NCBI GenBank assembly: GCA_024275415.1
Contig: JAJRZD010000114.1
Span: forward strand, 724 to 64,723
Direction: 5' to 3'
Length of the DNA stretch: 64,000 nt
DNA from: an archaeon
GTDB taxonomy: Archaea; Asgardarchaeota; Thorarchaeia; Thorarchaeales; Thorarchaeaceae
Shown here: positions 18,415 to 28,054 of the stretch, piece after piece
Position numbering within the stretch: position 1 is the stretch's first letter
Layout of the letters: each line of letters starts with the position of its first letter
Notes under the pieces: generated by a model
Told to the model about the DNA's origin: nothing
What the model saw: the letters and a program-made list of their open reading frames with translations, nothing else
Databases searched by the model: none
Position numbers and translations under genes: made by a program

Positions 18415-19482
18415 TTATGACCCTTGCAATGACCCAAGGACTGATAGGGAGTAGTACTGGGCTGCCGTGTTGTTTATCGGCACATACCCAATCTCTGGAA
18501 TGTATTTTTGTCCGTGCACCAAGCACCATGTCAGGTATCTGAGTGTGTACCATCTCAGATTTTCAGTGTTAATCATATAGAACAGCAACCGTGCGATAGG
18601 ATAAGATCCTTCAATCTCTGAGTTCATCAAACTCTGCCCAGGATCCGTGAGGTTGGAAGGGATTGCCTTGACCGCGTTGGCGATTGACGGCATGACCCAT
18701 TCACCATTGCCAGGGTTATACAGTCTAACTGGAACTAGTCCCTCGATGAATGCAAGTCCGACATATCCAATTGCGTGCTCGTCAGTTTCGACGCCAGCAG
18801 CGACGCCTTGATTCCCGTCCACTGCCTGCACACCCGCAGGGAATGAGATTGCTTCTTCATGTCCTAGCTTCCATTCGAATTCTGCACCGTTCGGGTTGAT
18901 GTTCTCGTCTGCAGTTTCTAACCACTTCGCAAAGGTGGAAGTCGTGCCGCTTGCATCAGACCGCACATATACATTGATGGAACCCGTCTGCTGTATCTGA
19001 ACTCCGAAAGTGGTTTCGAACTCTTCCCATGTGGTGATGTTCCGCTGGAATATGGCGACCACCATGTCGCTGTCCATATTGATCTCGCTACCGTTTATCG
19101 CCGGATTGGCAACAATCCCTAAAGCATCAGCAGATATTGGCAGTATCTCCACATGAGGATTCTCATTGATGTAGGATTCCTTGGGGTATGAGCTTGTGGC
19201 TCCCACATCTATTAACCCTTGAGCGACCAGGGATTGACCGACCCCTGAGCCTCCTGTACTGGGACTGACTGACAGTCCGGGATTGTCCAGCCCGAAGTAC
19301 ACAGCCCACTGCTGTGAGAGTGGGTAGACCGTGCTTGAGCCCGCGGTGGTTATAGTACCACCAGTCGCGCTGTTTGGTGGTGGGCTAATGAATATCAGAC
19401 CTCCAGCGCCCAGAATGATTCCCAAAACGAATCCAACAAAGAGCCCTTTTTTCTGTCTAAGAATCGAACCCATCTCTATCAC
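18415..19482 (-). CDS. pstS: phosphate-binding protein PstS
   Basis: It has an N-terminal TM/signal segment and PstS motifs (GSSTVYPL, GGSGVGQ, RSDASGTT). The product is 355 aa. Confidence 0.8.
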   Translation of the reverse strand: MIEMGSILRQKKGLFVGFVLGIILGAGGLIFISPPPNSATGGTITTAGSSTVYPLSQQWAVYFGLDNPGLSVSPSTGGSGVGQSLVAQGLIDVGATSSYPKESYINENPHVEILPISADALGIVANPAINGSEINMDSDMVVAIFQRNITTWEEFETTFGVQIQQTGSINVYVRSDASGTTSTFAKWLETADENINPNGAEFEWKLGHEEAISFPAGVQAVDGNQGVAAGVETDEHAIGYVGLAFIEGLVPVRLYNPGNGEWVMPSIANAVKAIPSNLTDPGQSLMNSEIEGSYPIARLLFYMINTENLRWYTLRYLTWCLVHGQKYIPEIGYVPINNTAAQYYSLSVLGSLQGS

Positions 19483-19744
19483 TCATTCATTATAATGTGC
19501 TACGATCCTATTTCTACTTGGGTAGCCAATTCAACCACTTAGGACACTTAGCCGTCAATTCACTACTGTGTTAAATGGATTCCTCATGCTGTAAATGCTT
19601 CATATGTGAAGAGGTTATATGTCGCATCCGTCTGAACGGAAGGTCTGATTGGTACAGCATCCTTGGTGCTTCCTCTTCAGACAGCGCAGTATTGTGCTCG
19701 AAAGCTTCTTTTGAGCATTTACAACATTTATCAGAAGGGATTGG

Positions 19745-20776
19745 TTGATGGAATCAATGAAGGCAATAACTCGTAAGCTGAATCAGGTCCGCAATTCGTT
19801 CTACATCTATCTGCCAAGGCCATGGTGCGATCAATACAATCTTTCTAAGGATTCGGAAGTGAGGGTTGAGCAGACTGTGGACGGTGTGCTGAGGATATTC
19901 CCGCCAGACCACGAGTCCAAGTCATCACATAAGGTCAAGTACTCGTTCGACCAGTCCGGAAAGGACAGCATTGTCAATCTCTTGATAGGCTCCTACATCG
20001 TGGGTGCTGGCGAGATGGAACTACATTTCACGGATAGTCTCGATATCAATACTAGAGAGGACATCAGCCAATGGGTTCGCAGACTTCCGGGTTATGAGAT
20101 ACTAGAGGAGCATGGCGACAGCGTGATTATCAGCGATACAAGCGAGAAGCAAGTCATCTTTCCCATTCTCCGGAGGCAGTTCTCTACGGTCAAGTTCATG
20201 CTGACCAGTCTCGTTGAGATAATGGACTCTGAAGACCGCAGCGAAGCCGAACGGATAATCGACCGCGACGAGGATGTTGACAGGCATAGATACTTCGTGG
20301 AGCGTCTGTGTCATCTGGCCTTGCAGAACCCGTCGTACGCTCGGAAGATTGAGATAACCCCGCCAGATGCCCTACATTTCAGCCTTGCAGCCAAGTATAT
20401 CGAGCGGATAGCTGACCACATATGTGCTGCTATCGAACAACTGGTGAAAGTCGAGGACATCCCCTCTAAGATACTCAGAGCCTGTGAGAAGCTTGTGGAC
20501 GCCTACAACGAGACCACTGTCGTGTTCTTCAGGATTGACAGGAAGGTTCACTCTGAAGGCAAGACCGAGGAGAACGCCAAACGTGCGCTCACATGCCACC
20601 AGCAGACCAAACGTGTTTCGCTGATGTTGGAGAAGCTGGGAAGCTCCTCGGAGAAGGCATCGGCAAAGGAAACATTGCTCATTCTGCACCTCAGTCGTAT
20701 CGCCTCTTACTGTGAAGACATTGCTGAAGTGGCAATCAATCGGATTATTGAATATGGGTTCAATCAGGTCGTATGA
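19745..20776 (+). CDS. phosphate uptake regulator, AbrB/SpoVT N-terminal domain fused to PhoU domains
   Basis: The N-terminal segment YIYLPRPWCDQYNLSKDSEVRVE is AbrB-like. A C-terminal PhoU-like segment (KYIERIADHICAAIEQL) follows. This is the typical archaeal PhoU-homolog architecture. The gene is divergent from the pst operon. Confidence 0.65.
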   Translation: MMESMKAITRKLNQVRNSFYIYLPRPWCDQYNLSKDSEVRVEQTVDGVLRIFPPDHESKSSHKVKYSFDQSGKDSIVNLLIGSYIVGAGEMELHFTDSLDINTREDISQWVRRLPGYEILEEHGDSVIISDTSEKQVIFPILRRQFSTVKFMLTSLVEIMDSEDRSEAERIIDRDEDVDRHRYFVERLCHLALQNPSYARKIEITPPDALHFSLAAKYIERIADHICAAIEQLVKVEDIPSKILRACEKLVDAYNETTVVFFRIDRKVHSEGKTEENAKRALTCHQQTKRVSLMLEKLGSSSEKASAKETLLILHLSRIASYCEDIAEVAINRIIEYGFNQVV

Positions 20777-21695
20777 ATCGTCAATCTCAGTCGCCACACA
20801 CGATTCAGAACCGCATCTAGCTAGGTATCTTTATGAAACAGTGAGAACACTCGCTGGACTGTTGGTTGCATTGCCTAGACGACGATTGAATGACCTGACC
20901 GGAAAGGAGTGGGTTAGAGCCACGAAGTCATGGTTTGTCATTAATCCGAAGCCTAGAACACGGGTACAAGTGCGACATCCTGCCAAGTACCCTGAAGAGC
21001 TCGTAATGCATTTCTTGAGATTCTTCACCCGCGAGGATGACTGGGTACTTGATCCCTTCGCAGGAGTCGGTAGCACACTCGTGGCATGTAAGGAGATGCA
21101 ACGGAACTGTGTCGGGATCGAATTGAACCCTGAGTTCGTGAACATCGGGGAGCAGCACCTCACTGGTGTAGAAGGGAACAGCGATGCACATCTCATCACT
21201 GGTGACGCGATGGCAATCTCAGCACTAATGAAGGATTATTTTGGTTCGAACGTTCCACAGTTCGACTTCGTGATGACATCGCCTCCCTACTGGAATATGC
21301 TGCGCAAGTCGAGAGGTGGCAATGACTCCGTCCATAAGCAAAGGAGATCCAATGGGCTTGCATTGTACTATAGCGACATGCGGGAAGACATAGGGAATAT
21401 CGAGGAGTATGAGAGTTATATCGAATCTATGGGTAGGGTCTTTGATGGCATCAGAAGACATCTGAACGATAGGGCGTATCTTGTCATCGTGGCGCAGAAC
21501 ATGAGGGATACTGACGGGGAGATGAAGCCAATCGCATGGGACCTCGCACGAAGGTTATCCATGACCTACACACTCCGGCAGGAGATGATATGGTGTCAGG
21601 ACAACAAGCAACTCGGCTGCTGGGGTTACCCCACGACGTATGTTTCAAACGTGCATCATCACTATTGTCTCGTCTTTCAGAAGAAATACCCATGA
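20712..21695 (+). CDS. DNA methyltransferase (SPPY catalytic motif)
   Basis: AdoMet motif I (VLDPFAGVGSTLVA) precedes the catalytic motif FVMTSPPYWN. The start probably lies downstream of 20712, because the ORF overlaps the upstream gene by 65 nt. Confidence 0.75.
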   Translation: MKTLLKWQSIGLLNMGSIRSYESSISVATHDSEPHLARYLYETVRTLAGLLVALPRRRLNDLTGKEWVRATKSWFVINPKPRTRVQVRHPAKYPEELVMHFLRFFTREDDWVLDPFAGVGSTLVACKEMQRNCVGIELNPEFVNIGEQHLTGVEGNSDAHLITGDAMAISALMKDYFGSNVPQFDFVMTSPPYWNMLRKSRGGNDSVHKQRRSNGLALYYSDMREDIGNIEEYESYIESMGRVFDGIRRHLNDRAYLVIVAQNMRDTDGEMKPIAWDLARRLSMTYTLRQEMIWCQDNKQLGCWGYPTTYVSNVHHHYCLVFQKKYP

Positions 21696-21732
21696 CGGTT
21701 GATTCAAATAGGAACCGTTTCAGCGCAAAGAC

Positions 21733-22608
21733 ATGACTCTTGTTATCAGGAAATTGGAACCAGAAGACGTTGATGCGGTGCGAGCTGTTTCTCAAAGCGT
21801 CTGGGAACACGATTATGCACCAGAGTCCTTTCAAAGGTGGTTGGATGATCCCAATTGGCATCCGATTGGCGTCTTCAAGGACGGTCTCTTGGTTTCCTTT
21901 GCAGCCCTCCAACAAGTTCCTGAAACAGACTATGCATGGGTGAAAGCCCTACGGACTCATAGCAACTATCATCGACAAGGCTTCGGTGTCATGGCAGTAG
22001 AGAAGACGTTGGACATCGCACGAGAGCTGGGAATTCGTGAAGTCAGGTATGCTACGAGTTCCCGCAATGAGGCTTCTCACGAGCTTGCAAAGAAGCTTGG
22101 TTTCATACTTGCTGATGAAGTCGGATATTTCCGGCTGGAAGCACCATTCCCACCCCGACCCAAGTCCAGCCCTGCTTTTGTTCCATTAAAGGTCGATGCG
22201 AAACGACAATTCGAAGCCATTCAAACTTATGATGATCTTGTTACCACCTCGTCAATCCCTGTGGCGTGGGATTTTGAGAATAAAGACTTGAAGGGATTAG
22301 AACGAATCCACGAACGGAACGAGTCGTATCAGATAATTGGGGACTCTGGGGAAGTCCTTACGCTCTACTTCAGAAGAACATTGGAACGGGATGGCGACCT
22401 GATAGTGACTCATTCAGTCTTCTCTAGAGACCGCAGCACATTCGTTGACACCATGTCCCGACTAATCGAAGAAGCCGAGGACATGAATGCACAAAGGGCA
22501 GTGTTCTTCTTGGGACCAAATGCAACTGAATGGTCTTCTATGTTGATGCTTGTCCCTGCTGAATACCGTGACCGCCGGTTTATCCTGTTAAAGAGAATAC
22601 TTGAATGA
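21733..22608 (+). CDS. GNAT family N-acetyltransferase
   Basis: GNAT motif A (HRQGFGVMAVEKTLDIARELG). The product is 291 aa, with an N-terminal GNAT fold plus a C-terminal extension. Confidence 0.65.
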   Translation: MTLVIRKLEPEDVDAVRAVSQSVWEHDYAPESFQRWLDDPNWHPIGVFKDGLLVSFAALQQVPETDYAWVKALRTHSNYHRQGFGVMAVEKTLDIARELGIREVRYATSSRNEASHELAKKLGFILADEVGYFRLEAPFPPRPKSSPAFVPLKVDAKRQFEAIQTYDDLVTTSSIPVAWDFENKDLKGLERIHERNESYQIIGDSGEVLTLYFRRTLERDGDLIVTHSVFSRDRSTFVDTMSRLIEEAEDMNAQRAVFFLGPNATEWSSMLMLVPAEYRDRRFILLKRILE

Positions 22609-22933
22609 AATGGGACTCTCAATGCCCCTGTTCATTGGAGAGTCGCTAAATGGTCATGTCCAAGATCCACTAGGTCTTTGGCTCACTGGTTTGAATTATG
22701 ATAATCAGCTCTGTTTTTTCAAGTAATTCATTTAAATGTCCTAAATCCACCGCCGTAAAGGGAAACCGTTGACAGTGCAGGATAAATAGACATGCATGAT
22801 AACAGCAATCACAATTATGACAGACAACGAAGTGTACGAGGAACCGGACGAGGATTCGCCATCTCACCCACACGGAAACATGGCGATGAGTTCGATCAGG
22901 AGATATTCAAGCTGGCAGCGTTGAAGAAAGAGG

Positions 22934-23830
22934 GTGCAAGAAGTGAATGAACCAAAGCCAAGGAGGGGCACCAAGACAAGCGAGTTTGGGGTCTCTAAAA
23001 GGGAGAACCACGACTCGACCGAATTCTATGGAAGCAAATTGTATCAAGACATCAAGATAGATGAAACCGCCCCGGAAATCGAAAACCCACTCCCTTCTGA
23101 AATGCTTGATCAAGTGTTCTGTCAGGACAGTCGAACCATGAGCGGCATCCCTGATTCTAGCGTACACCTGATGGTCACGTCGCCTCCCTACAATGTCGGG
23201 AAGGAATATGACAAGAACCTCGATTTGAAAGAATATTTCGGCTTCTTGAAAGAAGTGTTCTCTGAAACATACAGGGTGCTTGTGAATGGTGGTAGGGTCT
23301 GTGTGAACATAGCGAATGTCGGAAGAAAGCCCTATATCCCATATCACAAGTTCATCATGGATGCCATGTTTGAGCTGGGCTTCTTTATGAGAGGCGAGAT
23401 CATATGGGACAAAGGAGCTGGAGCTGGCACCTCAACCGCTTGGGGCAGTTGGATGTCTGCATCGAACCCCGTGCTAAGGGACACTCACGAGTATATCTTA
23501 GTCTTCTCAAAAGGCAAGTTCAAGAGAGAATCTAAAGGTAGGAAAAGCACTATCGACAGAAACGAGTTCTTAGAATTCACCAAAAGCGTTTGGAAGTTTT
23601 CACCTGAATCCGCCAAACGAGTGGGGCATCCAGCGCCTTTCCCTATCGAATTGCCCTACAGGTGCATCCAGTTATACACGTTTGCTGGTGAGGTCGTGCT
23701 AGACCCATTCTGCGGGGTTGGAACCACATGTATTGCTGCAATGAAAGCGGGACGGCATTTTATCGGAATGGATATTGATAAGGAATATCACAAAAAAGCA
23801 GTCAGGAGAATAAAAGAGTATTCAGATTAG
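22934..23830 (+). CDS. DNA methyltransferase, N6_N4_Mtase family (SPPY; likely N4-cytosine or N6-adenine beta-class)
   Basis: Motif IV (LMVTSPPYNVGKEYD) is followed by a C-terminal motif I (VLDPFCGVGTTCIAA), which is the beta-class order. The gene ends in TAG. Confidence 0.8.
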   Translation: MQEVNEPKPRRGTKTSEFGVSKRENHDSTEFYGSKLYQDIKIDETAPEIENPLPSEMLDQVFCQDSRTMSGIPDSSVHLMVTSPPYNVGKEYDKNLDLKEYFGFLKEVFSETYRVLVNGGRVCVNIANVGRKPYIPYHKFIMDAMFELGFFMRGEIIWDKGAGAGTSTAWGSWMSASNPVLRDTHEYILVFSKGKFKRESKGRKSTIDRNEFLEFTKSVWKFSPESAKRVGHPAPFPIELPYRCIQLYTFAGEVVLDPFCGVGTTCIAAMKAGRHFIGMDIDKEYHKKAVRRIKEYSD

Positions 23831-23865
23831 ACCAAGATGGCTTCTTACACCTACTAGTTATTCAC

Positions 23866-24294
23866 TTGTTTCCAATACACAATCCATCTTTCGTGTTAGA
23901 GCGTCCTGTGCAAAAGGTAATATGCATTGGAAAGTCCTGTTATCAACCGGTGATTTACTTGACGGAGAGAGGAATTCCAAAAGAGATCACTCTAGCGAGC
24001 TACCTGATCCTGCTAGATGTGATTGCTGGCATTATAGTCAGTATAGTAATGTATGAGATAAATGATGACTGGACATCTGGACTGGGTCTGATTGTGGCAG
24101 TTGTGGGAATCTGGGTTTATCTGGAGCTTAAGAAGATGAACCCACAGGCCTGGCAACTGGGCATTATATTGAACTTAGTGGGTATTGCGCTCTATCTTCT
24201 GGGTGAAATCGAGATTGGCATTCCCGGGGCGCTTCTAAGCATTATCACAGTGATTTATCTCTACTCACCAAACGTGAAACAGCACTTTGTGTAA
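23866..24294 (+). CDS. small membrane protein, hypothetical
   Basis: The 142 aa product has 3-4 hydrophobic helices. A hairpin plus T-tract follows the gene. Confidence 0.4.
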   Translation: MFPIHNPSFVLERPVQKVICIGKSCYQPVIYLTERGIPKEITLASYLILLDVIAGIIVSIVMYEINDDWTSGLGLIVAVVGIWVYLELKKMNPQAWQLGIILNLVGIALYLLGEIEIGIPGALLSIITVIYLYSPNVKQHFV

Positions 24295-24306
24295 ACGACC
24301 TGAAAG

Positions 24307-24339
24307 GAGGCGGTTTTTATCGCCTCGTATTCTTTTTAC
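24307..24339. terminator. hairpin (gaggcg-gtttttat-cgcctc) plus a T-rich tract between convergent genes
   Basis: A 6-bp inverted repeat at 24307-24312/24321-24326 is followed by gtattctttttac. It lies between 23866..24294 (+) and 24336..24863 (-). Confidence 0.35.
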
Positions 24340-24863
24340 TTTGGATCTGATTCAAACTCTTCGAACTCGTACAACGGAGACCATTCAGGGGCATACTGGA
24401 TTGCCTCTAAGTCGCGCTTTTCCAAGCTGAGGCCCTCTTCTTCTGCGATTACTTTTCGCAGCGTAATCGACTTCGCTCCATCCCACCGCAGGTAATCATT
24501 GAGGTCATATGAGAAGTTGCCCTGAAAGACCCCGCACGCCCCTCTACAGAAGACCTGATTTCCACGAATCTCAAGGGCTCCTCTGCAATACTTACAGAGC
24601 ACCTCGCGTCCATGGGCATGGATTCGCCCATCGATTATCCGGACAAAAAGAACGGTGTCGTCCACCTCAAACACGCCCCACACCTCACCGTCGTCGATGA
24701 CTTTTCTCCATAGATGTGCAGGCTCTCTCTTCGGGAGAACAGAGCTGCTTACAGAACCGTCTATCACTTTCTTTTCTGACGGACTCTCAAAGTCGGTGAG
24801 CCTAGTCTGGACTTCATGGATTCTTCTCATAGTAGTTAGTTTCGCTAGATGATACATAAACAC
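24336..24863 (-). CDS. hypothetical protein
   Basis: The 175 aa ORF contains a Cys cluster (CKYCRG...CRGACG). I recognise no domain. Confidence 0.35.
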   Translation of the reverse strand: MFMYHLAKLTTMRRIHEVQTRLTDFESPSEKKVIDGSVSSSVLPKREPAHLWRKVIDDGEVWGVFEVDDTVLFVRIIDGRIHAHGREVLCKYCRGALEIRGNQVFCRGACGVFQGNFSYDLNDYLRWDGAKSITLRKVIAEEEGLSLEKRDLEAIQYAPEWSPLYEFEEFESDPK

Positions 24864-24924
24864 ATAGAATCCGTGGCACCTGCCAACTCACAACGGAACA
24901 CTTGATTTCACGAGTAGATGTGGT

Positions 24925-25158
24925 CTAGTACTCGACATCGGAGATCCCATGCTGTTCGGCATAATCATGTGCGTCCTTCACGTTATCAAATGTCGCAAGG
25001 ACATCATACGGAAAGTACTGCTCATCCTTCTCGGGAATCTCGATGATGGGACGTGGTGTACTATCCGCAGTCTTGAATATCCTGATGGCGCAGAGCCTCT
25101 TCTTGTCTCCGGCCTCAATGACCCTGATGATGTCCTGATGATCCCAGTCGTCAGGCAT
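24925..25158 (-). CDS. small hypothetical protein
   Basis: This is a 77 aa ORF. Coding potential is plausible but unsupported. Confidence 0.2.
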   Translation of the reverse strand: MPDDWDHQDIIRVIEAGDKKRLCAIRIFKTADSTPRPIIEIPEKDEQYFPYDVLATFDNVKDAHDYAEQHGISDVEY

Positions 25159-25278
25159 ATGGTTACTATTATGAATCCCTATATTATAGCTTTCTCTTGC
25201 AGATTTGCGGCATTCTCTGCCATCTCTTGTGCAAAGTATGACTGCTCAGAAGTGCTGTGGACTGGGCTAGTTGGCTTT

Positions 25279-25938
25279 CTAGTTCTTCTCGTCGTTGAAT
25301 TCTATATTCTTATGGGAATTATCGCAAAATGGCTTGTTCTTTGAACCACCACATCTGCAAAGCGTAAAATGCTCCAGTGACTCGGGTTTACTTTCCATAT
25401 CATCGATTAGTTGAATGCCGCCAACAAATGCCAGTGGACCGTCCTTAGCGATTCGTACTGCGGGGGGTCTCTTGATGCCCTGGATGCGTTCAGAACCAAT
25501 TTGATAGCTAAGGGCACCAGAAGGACATTTCTCGATTGTTTCGACAACTTTCTTGACACTAGCCGCATCTGGGAAAATCCAATGTGGCTTTTTGTCTTTC
25601 TGAAACACTTCGGGACACAGTCTGACGCAAGAGCCATCTGCCGAACAGACACCCCTGTTATCGTAGATGGTTATTTCCTTGCCTACGTATTCATCGACCT
25701 TATCAGGTCGGCGGTCATCATCCTTTGACCCAACAAAGCCAAGCTTGCTGTGAGCGCCATCACAATATGGCTTGTTTTCTGATTTTCCACATCTACACAA
25801 TGCTGTGACCTTCGAAAGCTGAATGGTTTCACCTTTAGAATTTGTCATTGGCGGTGCGCCAATCAAGTAGAATGGACTGTATTGAGTGAACACGACCATA
25901 GGTTTCTGATTCTTTGACTCTTCCATTTCAAGCACCAA
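25279..25938 (-). CDS. tandem CDGSH-type iron-sulfur domain protein (mitoNEET-like) with an extra Cys cluster
   Basis: It contains two CDGSH-type motifs (CRCGKSENKPYCDGAHS and CRCGGSKNKPFCDNSHK). It also contains CSADGSCVRLCPEVF. Confidence 0.65.
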   Translation of the reverse strand: MVLEMEESKNQKPMVVFTQYSPFYLIGAPPMTNSKGETIQLSKVTALCRCGKSENKPYCDGAHSKLGFVGSKDDDRRPDKVDEYVGKEITIYDNRGVCSADGSCVRLCPEVFQKDKKPHWIFPDAASVKKVVETIEKCPSGALSYQIGSERIQGIKRPPAVRIAKDGPLAFVGGIQLIDDMESKPESLEHFTLCRCGGSKNKPFCDNSHKNIEFNDEKN

Positions 25939-26154
25939 AAGCCATCTATCTGTAATGTTCCTTATAATCTGTCACATAGGTATTTATTCAGTAGGATCTA
26001 CACACCACGATTATGTGGTTTGAAAACACCTTTTTGGAAGCCGGTTGGAGGTTTGACTAATGTGTCTGAGTTTGCCATCTATTGCTTTTCTGATAGGGTT
26101 GGCTTCAATTAGCGGGTAATCGGCTCAGTATGCCACGCCCCCTTTTGCCTAACT

Positions 26155-27030
26155 TCATCCAGTTCTTCCGTAGACCTCCTCAATGTAGAGTTTCCTGATA
26201 GTGTCCCTATCAAGGCCGAACACCTCATCGGCATGATGACAGATCTCGTCATTGATTTTACTGACCACATCTATTCTACGTCTAGCATCTGTATCGGATA
26301 TCTCCTTCACTAACAAGGCTTCTTCTAGAAGACTTTCAATATCATCTGGTTTCCATCTGAGGTTGCGGATATAGAACAGCCGCCACTTCGGTGCCGGAAG
26401 ATACGACCTGTTCAACCAATAGATAGCCTGGATTAGCAATTCAACACAATACGACACAGAATACTGGACTGAAAGATGATGTCCTCTGTCTTGCCAAAGG
26501 TCAACCATCGAAGGGATATACTCTGCCGTAGGACAGCAGTACCATGACAGGTACACAAGAGGGTGTGCAAGTTTCCGTTTCCACGCCTCATCATCCAAAT
26601 GCAGTTTTCTCTGGACTCGGTGCTGGACTTCGCCCTGTCGGTCAAATGCGTACACAGCATTGGAGAGATCCCATCTCAGATATTCAGGCCACTCTCGATC
26701 TAGATACTCGTCTAGAAAGTAAGTTTCGATATCTATCGCAAGACCTGAACGATCCTCGTGCTGTGCAGACAGGGACTCGAGAAATCCTTTCGCAAAAGGG
26801 TCGTCATTGTTGAATAGCACCATCATATCAAGATCCGAGTACTTGTCAACAAATCCTCTTGTGAGACCTCCAAGGTAAAGAATTCCCTCCACCGAGCTGA
26901 AGTGAGAAATGCTCTTGACGATTTCATCAGCGACCCGTGTAAACGACTCGATTCGATTTTTCCCACGCAGCCCTTCCATAGATATCACAACTGCAGTGCG
27001 GAAATCTGCGCTATAAAAGAACATCTCCAA
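26155..27030 (-). CDS. nucleotidyltransferase-domain protein (Pol-beta superfamily)
   Basis: It has an NTase motif (GGLTRGFVDKYSDLDMMVLF). The 291 aa product carries a large C-terminal helical domain. Confidence 0.45.
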   Translation of the reverse strand: MEMFFYSADFRTAVVISMEGLRGKNRIESFTRVADEIVKSISHFSSVEGILYLGGLTRGFVDKYSDLDMMVLFNNDDPFAKGFLESLSAQHEDRSGLAIDIETYFLDEYLDREWPEYLRWDLSNAVYAFDRQGEVQHRVQRKLHLDDEAWKRKLAHPLVYLSWYCCPTAEYIPSMVDLWQDRGHHLSVQYSVSYCVELLIQAIYWLNRSYLPAPKWRLFYIRNLRWKPDDIESLLEEALLVKEISDTDARRRIDVVSKINDEICHHADEVFGLDRDTIRKLYIEEVYGRTG

Positions 27031-27042
27031 ACAGATGTCAGG

Positions 27043-28053
27043 TCATATCGTCAACGCATCAATTAGTCCAATCAGATAGCTATCAAGTGATCTTTTCTTT
27101 GTGTAGCTCTCTTCGAAGGGGGTTTCTGCAAGTTCACCTTTCACCTCTCCGACGAGGATGCCTGTCTTACCTTGTTTGATGCAGTCGATGGCATAGGCTC
27201 CCAGTTTAGTGGCAAGGATTCGATCCTGTCGAGTCGGGTTCCCACCGCGCTGAATATATCCGAGCACGGACACACGACATTGTTCACCGACTAGACCAGA
27301 CATTTTCCGACTGATCTCCATGGCATCACCTTCCTCATCACCTTCAGCAACGATGATGAAGGCAAAGTTCTTCCCACGTTCCCTACCAGCCACTATATCC
27401 TCCGCGACCCTCTTGAGATTGGTCACAGTTTCAGGCATGAGGATTGCTTCAGCGCCACACGATATCCCTACATCTAGGGCAATCGCACCAGAATGACGCC
27501 CCATTACCTCGATGAGGAAGAACCTATCGAATGCCTGTGCAGTGTCGCGTATCTTGTCGACGGCATCGATTGCATTGTTGACAGCAGTATCGAACCCGAT
27601 GCTATAGTCTGTGCCATAGATATCATTGTCGATGGTACCTGGCAGTCCAATGATTCGCCCATTCCATACCTGCTGGAGCTTGTGCAACCCCCGCATGGTT
27701 CCGTTCCCGCCAATGGCGACAAGAGCATCAAATCCATTCTTCTCAAGGATTTGAGCTGCCTTCATCTGCCCTTCCAGTGTCCTGAACTCCTTTGACCTGC
27801 CTGTCGTAAGGACTGTGCCACCACGATGAATGATATTGGCGACTGACCGAGCCTCCATCAGTCTGAACTTCTGATCCAAAAGTCCTTGCAGACCGCCGAT
27901 GATACCAATCATCTCGAACCCATTAGAAATCCCGACACGTACAAGTGCTCGTACGCAAGCGTTCATTCCGGGGCTATCTCCGCCACTGGTAAGGATTCCG
28001 ACTTTCATGGTTCTATGTCTGTGACATGGTACAAGAAAAGTCCAGCGTTCCAC
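27043..28053 (-). CDS. pfkA: ATP-dependent 6-phosphofructokinase (PfkA family)
   Basis: It has GILTSGGDSPGMNA, GGNGTMRG and VMGRHSG motifs. The product is 336 aa. Confidence 0.8.
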   Translation of the reverse strand: MERWTFLVPCHRHRTMKVGILTSGGDSPGMNACVRALVRVGISNGFEMIGIIGGLQGLLDQKFRLMEARSVANIIHRGGTVLTTGRSKEFRTLEGQMKAAQILEKNGFDALVAIGGNGTMRGLHKLQQVWNGRIIGLPGTIDNDIYGTDYSIGFDTAVNNAIDAVDKIRDTAQAFDRFFLIEVMGRHSGAIALDVGISCGAEAILMPETVTNLKRVAEDIVAGRERGKNFAFIIVAEGDEEGDAMEISRKMSGLVGEQCRVSVLGYIQRGGNPTRQDRILATKLGAYAIDCIKQGKTGILVGEVKGELAETPFEESYTKKRSLDSYLIGLIDALTI

Positions 28054-28054
28054 A

